Source: Blepharisma stoltei ATCC 30299 (lineage: Eukaryota > Protista > Ciliophora). From it: a DNA stretch of 64,000 bases. The notes under the pieces were generated by a model that had not been told where the DNA came from, made no database searches, and saw nothing but the letters and a program-made list of their open reading frames with translations. The position numbers and the translations under genes were made by a program. The stretch spans positions 434,001 through 498,000 of the forward strand of contig CBFDEM010000041.1 of the NCBI GenBank assembly GCA_965603825.1, read 5' to 3'. Positions 54,299 to 64,000 of the stretch are shown here, piece by piece; position 1 is the first letter of the stretch; each line of letters begins with the position of its first letter.

Positions 54299-56194
54299 AT
54301 GCAAGCATCGCAACAATCTCAATCGATTAGCTCTCAAAAATGCCCTGAAATAACCACAAAATTATCTGATAGGTTTAAAATTTTGGAGCAAAATTGCAAG
54401 AAGGAATTCAAAAAAGAAGAATTTGTCATGGAAGCCAAGGTAAATACAGCTGATATAAAGGCCAAAATACTTGAAGAAAAAAAAGTCGAGAAAAAGGAAG
54501 AAGCTACTTATATTGACGATGAAACTATAAAGGAAAGAATAGAGCAATTTGAAACTAGTATTGCAAATAAAAAAAATGAAGCACCTCCTCAGTATATCGA
54601 AATTCCAAGGGGGAATGTCTTTAACTTTGCTCCAACTATTGAACCAATTGAAAAGAATAAAGGGAGCCCCGAATATTCTCAAAAATCTACAGCAAAAAAG
54701 AATGAAGCTAATCAGCAATATACATCAAATATTAGTTATAATGCTCAAATAGAAATTCCAGAAAAGGTAAAAAATATTGTTCCAATAGCTTCAAAATCCG
54801 AAAAGAAAAAAGATGAAGTTTATGTCCCCCCTCAGCAATTTGCAATACCTCAAATAAATAAGAAGAAAACACAGCTATATTCTGAGCCTAAAATTTCTCA
54901 AAATTGCACTTCAATATCGAGTCAATCTGCGAGTAATACTATAAGAGTCTCTAAAGATCCAATTGAGCAAAAATTTGATGAAACTAATCGAAATACCGCA
55001 GAATTTTCGTCAATTGCCAATGAAAATCAAAGATTAAATCTTGAATTAATTCGGATTCTTGAAGAAAATGAAAGGCTAAAAAAAGCAAAACAAGAAGAGT
55101 CTAGAGAAGCCTTGATATCTGCACAAGCAATAAAGCAAGAAGAATCTCAAAAGCTTGAAAAATTGGCATCTGAGCATATGCAAACAAGAAATTATTTAAT
55201 TCAGCAAGAGGCCCAATGCGAATTGTTAAAATCTAAGCTTGAAAACAATCAAAATGAAGTCCAAGAACTGCAAAACCTTATAAAAAAAATTCAGTCTGAA
55301 GCAGCAGAGTTCAAGAAATCAGCAACTTTGTTTGAGACTTGCAGTATCGAAAAAGAAGACAAAAGCTTAAAATTGCAGAAAGAGTTAGATAAAATGAAAG
55401 AAGAAAAAAGAAAATTACTTGAAGCCACTAATTCAGCACTTAAAAATGCCTTAGGGAAATTTAAAGCTGAACAGCAAAACTCTATTAAAAATTTGTTTGA
55501 TTTTAATGAAAACTTTAGTAAAGAAGCTGCTAGTGCTATAAATGCAGTTAAAATAAATCAAGAAAATTCAAGGAAAATGAATGAAAATTTATTAAATGAA
55601 AAAGAAGGAATAATTAAAAATTTAGGAAAGCAGGCTGCATTAGCTGAAGAAGCAAATAAAAATTTAAAACTTGAAATTGACAATAAAATTGCTGGGATGG
55701 AAGCTTTAATGCAAAAAATTAGTGATTTCGAAAACAAACAAATAGAGTGAGAAGTGAATAAACAAAAACTAGAAGAAGAATTAAAAGTAGCCAAAGAAAA
55801 ATATGATACTTTCTGCAAATCCTTGATAAATGTAAGTTTAAGTGAAATCGAAAAAGCAATTTTAATTTCAGAAAATGAAACTGCCAAGCTATTTAATAAA
55901 ATTGGATTGAGTCTTGAATTATGTGAGCAAAAATATCAAAAATTCAGCAATGAAAAGCTGAGAGAAATAGAAAATCTCAGAAATGAATTGATAGAAAGCA
56001 AAGAAGAATTGCAAATAAAAAACAAAAAAATTGAGATACTTGAAAGTGATAAAGAAGAACTTAAGAAAAAGATTCAAGATCAAGCTGATATGTTTGCTGC
56101 AGAAAGGTATAATTTCGAAAAAATTACTGAGGCATATGAAGTAGAAATGAAAAGTGCAAGCCAAACCAAAAACAGTTCAGAATTTGGAAACTAA
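54299..56194 (+). CDS. Coiled-coil protein of unknown function
   Basis: ORFs 54299 and 55754 join via TGA at 55748. Confidence 0.8.
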
Positions 56195-56827
56195 AGAAAA
56201 TGAAGAGAAAGCTTAAAATAATTAATAGAAAATAACGCTAACTTTATTAATAATTTGGAAGAAATGTTTTAAAAATGGTAATAAAACTAATTTAAACTCA
56301 TATCAGTAAAAAAATATAAATTTTACCAAAATTCCTATTATTTACAATTTTCTAATATTAAATAAAAGTTTAGAGTTCTTAAATATAAATTTCTTGCAAT
56401 ATGATTATATACAGATTGCGTGTAAAATATCAAATTCAGGGCAAATAATAAATATAATGCATCTTTTATTTATATAAAATATTTATTCTCTATTTAATAA
56501 AATGTATTCGAATCTAAGTTCATATATGAATAATTAAAAAAATTAACTAAATCCTCTTATAAGATCAGTAATTAGCATATTTAAGATTCTAAAGCTTATA
56601 AATTATGCAATGAAAGCTCAAGAAATTCCTTAATAATGAACTGCAAATAGCAATCTAATAGGATAATTATTTATAACAATGAAATTATATCTAATGATAA
56701 ATCAGCTATAATTATCTATTTTATCCTTGAAAAATATTTAAAATCATAATATTCGATTTTCATATGATAATATTTCTCTGTTGATTTTAAGCTATTATTT
56801 ATGATTCATCTTTAAGTAATCCATTAT

Positions 56828-59416
56828 ATGGATTTTATTATCCGGCGCCAAGGAAAATCGCTATTCTTCACCTTCTTATTATTAATTTTAGTCTCAGGGT
56901 TTTGAACTTTTCTATTACTCATAGAAAGAGATCAAAGCACACCCGAAGTGATTTTGCCTTCAGAAGTGGTTTTCACTGAAAAAGAAACAATCGAAATCAA
57001 ACGACATCCAGAAATTCCTTCCCTTTCTGAATCCTTAGTTTCTTGAAGTGATATTCCTGTGGATAAGAATGCAAAAGTCCTGACTTGACCTCTATCTCAG
57101 ATCCCTCATTTTAAGGACTCAGACAATGCCTCATGCATCCCAAGAAGCTTTGGATATTCTAAGCAGCAAGCAGAGAATTTATTCAAAACAGAAGGATTTT
57201 ATACATGTGACAAAGGTAAAGACTTTTTATCGTTTAGGGATAATAAATTGGAAATTAACTGTCCTGAGGGCTCTGATTCAAGTTATGTTTTGGGAACTTT
57301 GCCTGAAGAAGAAGTGCTTAATGACTCAAAAATGAGGCCGAGGTGGAAAAAATATGAAGGAGAAGTGGATTCTGGCAGAAGTGAGTATGCTTTTGGAAAG
57401 TGTGGAGATATAAAGCAAGGAATTCTGAAAAATAAGTTTTTAAAATCAGCTTCAGATCGAGCATTTAACACTACAGAAAAATTAAAGAAAGAAATGAATA
57501 TTATGGGCAAGGTCAGGCCTTTGACTGTTCTTTTTGTATTATTTGACGCATATTCCAGATATCATTTTTATCGGAACTCTCCAAAAACTCTCGAATTTTT
57601 GAATTCTCAGGCCGTAAATGGCACTTTTTCAGAAAAATTTACTATATATGATTTTCTAATCAATAACGCTCACGCTGAAAATACCCAGCCAAATTTAATT
57701 CCTATGTTTTACGGCTACAATCTAAGAAGCCATAAAATTCGGTTAGAGGGATATTCCTATAATAACCAAAGCGATACATGAAAATTCAAAGATCTCCAAA
57801 AAGAAGCTATCTGAAAGCACTATGAAAATTATGGCTTTGTCACTATGTTTTCTTATGACACTGTCTGAAATTACATGACCCAATCAACTGGAAGAAAAGT
57901 TCTAACTGACCATGTCGCTACTAATTTCTGGCATGCCTCATCAGAAATATTTGGATACCCTGACTTTATGAACTATAAAAGGTGCATTGGGAATCATTAT
58001 TCTCATTATTATACTTTGGATTATACAAAGCAGTTTATAAGAAACTACCAGGAAAATAATAAATTCGCATATATCCATTTATCACAAGCTCACGAATATG
58101 CAGGGACAATTATAAAAATAGTTGATGATGATTTAAAGGAATTTCTTGAAGACACTCTAAAATATTACAATGAAAAAGAAGAAGATCTTGTCATAATGCT
58201 CGTTGGTGATCACGGAAAACATGTTGAGCCTTATGACACTTATCCAGAAGGCTACGTAGAAAATCAACTGCCTTTTCATATTTTAATCACAAATAAAGAG
58301 CTCGTTAATAAAATGAGTGCTGATGAGTTTCTTAAGCACAACACACAAAGATTGGTGAGTAGATTTGATTGGTATATGACACTAAAACATCTAGCTACAG
58401 TTCCATATGGATCTCTTAAGCCTAATTCTGATCTTTATTTAACTTGGAGATCAATGACTGATTCAAATCATTCACTTTCCTTATTTTCAGAAAAAGTTGA
58501 TAATTATAGGGAATGCTCTGATATGAAAATTCCTCTGCATAGATGTTCTTGCTTGCCATTTTTCAAAGTAGAAGAAAAGCTTTATAGCTCTGAACCACTG
58601 ACAACTTTAGGGAGATTAGGAATTTTCGCAGTAAATAATAGGATAAAGAATGATAATTCTTTAGAATTTTGCAAAAAAATTACATTTAAAGAGATAATTC
58701 AAGCAGAATTCCAAGAATTAAATGATAAAGATGAAAGCAAAACTTATAGGATTAGGGTTACAATACATGAGGATGAAAAAGCAAGTTTTGAAGTCTATGG
58801 ATTATTAACTTCAAAAGAAAATCTGAAAAAAATGATGAAGAAGGATGAAGACGGAGAGATTTATCCTGTAGCAAATGTAGTTGTAGAAAATAGAAAAGAA
58901 GAAATGGCTATCCAAGTTCAAGAAATAATAAGGGTGGACCCTTATGCGGGCATATGTGAAGAGATAGCAGCTACTTTGGGCACAAAATCTGCATATTGCA
59001 TTTGTAGAAAACCCCAAAATTACGACTTCACTAAAAATATCACGCCACCTAAAGAAAGAATATTCAATCAGCTAAAGAAAAAGCTAAAAGTCCAATTAGC
59101 TAGCTTCAACGAAACCTGCTATGAAAGCTGTATGGTAAAAGATACAATTTGCCAGCAGTGGGGATTTGAACTGATAAATAAATTAGAAATTTTGAAAGAG
59201 CCGTGGAATAAGGATGGCGGAGGCTATGAAATATGGATAAATGATACACATGTAGAAGAATTCAACGATATACAGATTTTAGAGTATAGTAATAGAACTG
59301 CTTTAAGCTTTGAAGAAGCTGATGATGGAAAATATAATTTGCTATTTGGTAATTGGACAAAAATGTCATGCTATCTAAGAGATGAGGAAGTTCAGTTATT
59401 ATGTCCTTGCGTATAA
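56828..59416 (+). CDS. DUF229-type (alkaline phosphatase/sulfatase-like) type II membrane protein
   Basis: N-terminal transmembrane segment; LFDAYSRYHFYRNSPKT, GDHG, ENQLPF, NTQRLVSRFD, SLF..C..IP..CSC; six TGAs. Confidence 0.82.
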
Positions 59417-59691
59417 TTAATCCTTTGTGAAAATAGCTAATTTAAGTATTTCATTATTTTTCATAGCAGCAATATATTCTCTTTTTTGCTATTTTATGTT
59501 CAAAGTTTATTTATTAGACAGTTAATTCCGATTAATAATTTTTAACAATTCTTAATGAATTTTCTTTTTATCCATTTATTTAAATTTAAAACAATAAAAA
59601 CCTTTTTAGTCAAAACTCTTTATTTTATATAGAACTCCAAATTGATTCATATCTGAATAAGCTAATTTTTAAAATATCGCAAGGGCCAAAT

Positions 59692-60714
59692 ATGAAAGTC
59701 CAACGATACACAGGTCCAGCTAAAAAAGTGTTCGTAAATATCCGCGAAGTTCCTAAACCATCTCCTTTATCACGAATAAATCAACCAACAATACAAAGCA
59801 GAGGAATTTTGATACCAAAACCTCCAGAAGCCAAACATGAACCTCAATTCATTCGAAAAAAAGTTGAATCGTTCAGATGCCACACCCCAGATCAAGGAGG
59901 TGGCAAGCCGCAGTCTTCTCAAATACTCCCTCCACTGGCTCAAAAAAAAGGAGTTTCATCTGTAATGAATTCTCCTTCACGCTCAAATTCTACTACAAAG
60001 CAAAGGTGATATATGCCAACCCATTTTAAGCCTAAAGATGTTGATACAAGCATTCTTCTACCTAAATCTCCTATAGATAAAGAAGATATTTGTATGCCCT
60101 ATGAATTAAAAGAAAAGCCAAGACTGAGCAGCCGAAATGTGGAAATCAGAAAATCTGTTAAACAATTGCCGCAACCCCCTGAAAAGCAGCAGCGAGTTGA
60201 TTTGAGAAAAGGGAGTTTCTCTAAAAAGCAGATAGCAACAGTGCTAAATAGTGTGGACACAAGTATAAATTTGTCAAGAATTGAGATGGATAGTATAAAT
60301 CAATCAAGAATAGATTTAGATATTTCAAAAATTTCATTAAAATGCGATGAAGTTTTCCAGCCCTGGGAAGATTTGTCAACAAATCATCCATCAAGAAATC
60401 CGACGCCTGATTTAAGTACATCACGGCCGAATCGATTTCATCAGCTTTCTAAAGGCTTTAAACTAGACAAGCAATCCTTTGTAAGCCAAGTCGACAAACA
60501 AGTGAGAAGAACCCAGTCAGAAAACCATTCAGCTGAAAAAAGAGTAAAAGGACCTCAAGCTTATACCCCAGAGCCACCGCTTCTGCATCCTTGGCAGAAA
60601 TTTATGCAGGATTTAGATGATATATCAAATATAACGGATATAGTAGAAAATAAACAGAGTATTGAGAGTAAGTTTATTAAGCCAAAAGGACCTATAAAAG
60701 CGAGACATTTGTAA
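59692..60714 (+). CDS. Hypothetical P/S/K-rich low-complexity protein
   Basis: ORFs join via TGA at 60007. Confidence 0.75.
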
Positions 60715-61061
60715 TAATGGAGTTATGTAAATTAATTTTAAGCTCATGTTTGCCAAAATTTTAATTCAAATTTATATTTAAAACCTCTAAATATTATCCT
60801 TGCTAATAGTAAAAAGAGGAAAATTTCTTTATTTGTTATACTTTGAGACTATTCTTTGATGAATTTTATATTATGAAGAATATTTTGATGCTCCTTAATC
60901 TATATATTTGTTTTCAAATCATAAACCGTTCAACTTCAGTATTCTTGATGTTAGCAATAATTGCCCACATCTTTATCATGACAAAATGCATATATATGCA
61001 TATATATCTATTTTCATTTAAATTTCTTCTTATTTCAGGTGAAGAAATGACTTAAATTAAG

Positions 61062-62303
61062 ATGGATCCACTTGCAAATTTTGATAGAGCTGCAGATCAT
61101 AACGGAGAGCATGAGTACCAAGTTCCAGTTGATATAGATATTGATATCCAATGTAAAATTTTAGACCAAAATTTCAGCATTCCTATTAAGGATGAGGTCG
61201 ATATCAGTGTAAGTAATCCTAAACTAAAGGAACAAAAAATAACAAAACATATCACATATTCAATATCAGGCAACGATTCACAAGGAAGATTTGAAAGCTT
61301 CAGACGATATAACGATTTCTTGCTTCTTCGAGCAAGACTTGTTAATAGGTGGCCAGGCTGCTTCATCCCTCAGCTTCCTCCTAAAAAGCGATTCACTTCA
61401 ATGGCCCATGGAAATCTGCAGCCACAATTTATAGAACAAAGGCGAAAACTATTGAATTATTTTATTAGAAAACTTGGTCAGCTCTCATATGTAAAACATT
61501 CACCCGAATTCATTGTTTTCACAAGAGGTGGGAACGATTTTAAAGCTGAAGTTAACGAGATAAAAATTCCATCAACCATAGAAATTGCTAATACTTTTCA
61601 TAATGAATTCACTGAGTATTTACTGTATCAAGAAAGCCCAGATGATGATAAAAAGGTTGAAGAGGCCGAAATTATGTTTAGGAATGGAATTGAAGCCATA
61701 GAAAACTTTGAAGAAATCTGCAAGAGGAATGTCGAATCTTATAATGGCTATGATAATGGGCTTTTAATGCTGACACAAGGGCTTAGAGATATGAATTGTT
61801 TGTATAGAGAAAATTATAAAGCAAAATATATTGATTTTAAAGTAAAGGAATCTCATGAAAATCCTTATCAAATTTTATTAGACTGAGCAAGGACAGAAGT
61901 AATGGATTTACGATCAATTTTAGAAGCAATAGAGCAGAAAAAGAGCTATGATAGGCTGGAGGATAAATTCAAAGAAAAATTAGAAGAGGACAATAATCAG
62001 CTGGAGAATATGCAGCAGGGACGCAAAAGTTTAATGCAAAAGCTTACTAAAAAGCCAATAGAGCATTATATAGCTAAACGAGAAAGAATTATTAAAGACA
62101 TGACTGAAGAAATCAATGGGCTTTCAAAAATAAAAAAAATAATCACATCAAGACTCGTCCATAAAGAAATTCCGAAATTCAGAGAATCAAAGATTCATCA
62201 GCATGATATTGTAATAAAAGCTTTTGCAAGGTGCACTGTACAAGAATTTGAGAATTGGATTATTCAGAATAAAGAAATTCAAAAAGGACTAAACGCCAAA
62301 TAA
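61062..62303 (+). CDS. PX-domain sorting nexin-like protein
   Basis: RRYNDF, WPGCFIPQLPPKK, FIEQRRKLL; helical C-terminus; TGA at 61884. Confidence 0.88.
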
Positions 62304-62385
62304 AATCCTGCTCATAATTTATTATAAACTAGACTTAATTTTAATTTAACAAACTATTAAAAATTTGTGTGTTATTTATAAATTT

Positions 62386-63054
62386 TTAAATAAATTGTGT
62401 TATTTCTCTGATAATTCCATATGGTAAATCGTAATATTCCTTGCTATTTGATTTTTGATTTTGAGCTGCATATGCTAAATAATAAATAAAAGGCAGTCTT
62501 CTTTTTCATAATTTCACTTTTTTATTGTACTCAATAAGCTCAGTTAAGCCAACTTCAACACATACAGAATAGTCGAATTCGCTTCCTCTATCAAGCAAAA
62601 GCTTAGCTGTTCTTATGTCTTGATTTCTAATTGAAATAGTTAATGCAGATTGATCATCCCAATTAAGAATTCCTAAAGGATGCACCTTTACAATAGTTTT
62701 CAGAGCTTCAACATTCCCATTTCTTGAAGCTATATGAATAGGTCGATCACCTACAGAATCTTCACTAATAAAAAATAAACTCGGGTAATTTTGAGCAAGG
62801 TATCCTAAAATTTTAAAACTGTTTGATTTTGTTGCGTAATGAGCAATATTTTCTCTTCCAGTATCCAAAAAATAAGGATTAAATCCAAATTCAATAAGCA
62901 GATTTAACACTTCTGGGAGATCTTGAGTACATGTAAGAAAAATAGCTTCAGGATATACATCAACCAATTTTTTGAGTTCGTCTTGGTAGTTTTTAATTTC
63001 TTTTATATTTCCATCCATGATGAGCCGATGCAAATGAAATACCGTTTCATCCAT
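62386..63054 (-). CDS. Ankyrin-repeat protein
   Basis: GDRPIHIASRNGN; reads through TGA 62506 to ..LPYGIIREITQFI-TAA. Confidence 0.82.
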
Positions 63055-63108
63055 TTTATTATCAGATGTGAAAAGGCATATTTATTAGCTTAAACCTTTT
63101 CTATTATC

Positions 63109-64000
63109 TTATTCTTCGTTTATTTTCTTTTTCTTCTTAGGAACATCAAATAAATCTGCAGTTGCATCCATCAAAAATTGTATATCTTTTGCCATTTTTT
63201 CTTTTTGTTCTAGCTTATCTTTCTTTTTCTCCATCAAGCTATCCTGAATCTTCTCTCTCACTTTCTTTGTATGCACAGACTCTTTGACCTTCTTCTTTTC
63301 TTTTTCTTTTTTCTTCTTTTTCTTTTTTTCATTTTCTAGTCTTTCTTTTTCTTCTTTTTCAGCCTTTTCTTCTGCTTTGATCACTTCTTCAGAGGCTTTA
63401 TCAACAGTCCCAATTTCATGTGGATTCAGGACTATAGTATCAGGTGGCAATTTTTCTAATAAATTATGGACTTCTTGTTCCTGTCTTTGCCTTTTTGTTT
63501 GGAAAATATTGGCTTCATTGCTATCATAGTTAGCTAAGCCACTTCCAGGGATACAAATATTGCTAAATCCATTAGCCGTTCCAATACCAAGAAAATCTTC
63601 ATAAGGCACAAATTGAGTGTCTGCTATAGAACTAGTGCAGATATGAGACATATAAGGAGATTTTTGTTTTTCTAGCTGCCAGTCTTTTCATATTTTTACT
63701 TCACTAAGAGAGCTCATTGATAGCAGCCCAGTCTGACTAATTGAAAGGCTGTTACATGGAACTTCTGTCCAGTATTCTTGGAGTGGATTTCCTAATGACC
63801 TAATATCAAAAATTTTTACTTTACAATCGGCACCTCCAGTGGCTAAATAGAGCCCTCTAGAATCTATAGCTAAACTTTTGCATGGCCCATTATGAGCAAT
63901 CAGCCTAACAACTGGCTTATTTATATTTGGTGTCCACATAGTGACAATCCCTCTTGCATCCCCTACGCAAATGACCCCATTTCATGGATTCCTCTTCATA
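63109..64000 (-). CDS. WDR46: WDR46/Utp7 SSU processome protein, 5'-partial
   Basis: NP-W(TGA)-NGVI..VTMWTPN; FVPYEDFLGIG..IPGSGLANYDSNEAN..QRQEQEVHNLLEKLPPDTI (BING4CT). Confidence 0.92.

Overview
Gene-dense, AT-rich eukaryotic DNA that looks like a heterotrich ciliate macronuclear genome (Blepharisma-like; inferred, not looked up). Two traits show directly in the sequence. First, in-frame TGA falls on conserved Trp positions in many protein families, while every reconstructed gene ends in TAA or TAG, so UGA=Trp and most fragmented ORFs in the supplied track are parts of single genes. Second, spliceosomal introns are tiny (15-16 nt, GT...A(-6)...YAG). After re-reading, the window holds about 33 genes or pseudogenes. 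The left half is mostly housekeeping: PI4K-beta, CEP162, YIPF, a Whirly-like protein, a START protein, a SABATH-like protein, NASP, OSBP, Prp43, U2A', a P4-ATPase, alpha-amylase, a CCCH-RING protein, ferredoxin and asparaginase. A 2580-aa TPR protein follows, then an intronless block of ubiquitin-related and repeat-domain genes with paralogs and decaying copies (42-53 kb), and finally DUF229, PX, ankyrin and WDR46 genes. The most notable observation: the only two atypical introns in the window lie in two adjacent spliceosomal genes 11 bp apart. One is a 30-nt intron in Prp43 with a competing internal 16-nt non-productive unit; the other is a GC-AG intron in U2A'. This suggests splicing feedback. 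There is also an unexplained GC-rich structured-RNA candidate at about 54.1 kb. All product calls come from motif recognition by eye; no searches were run.
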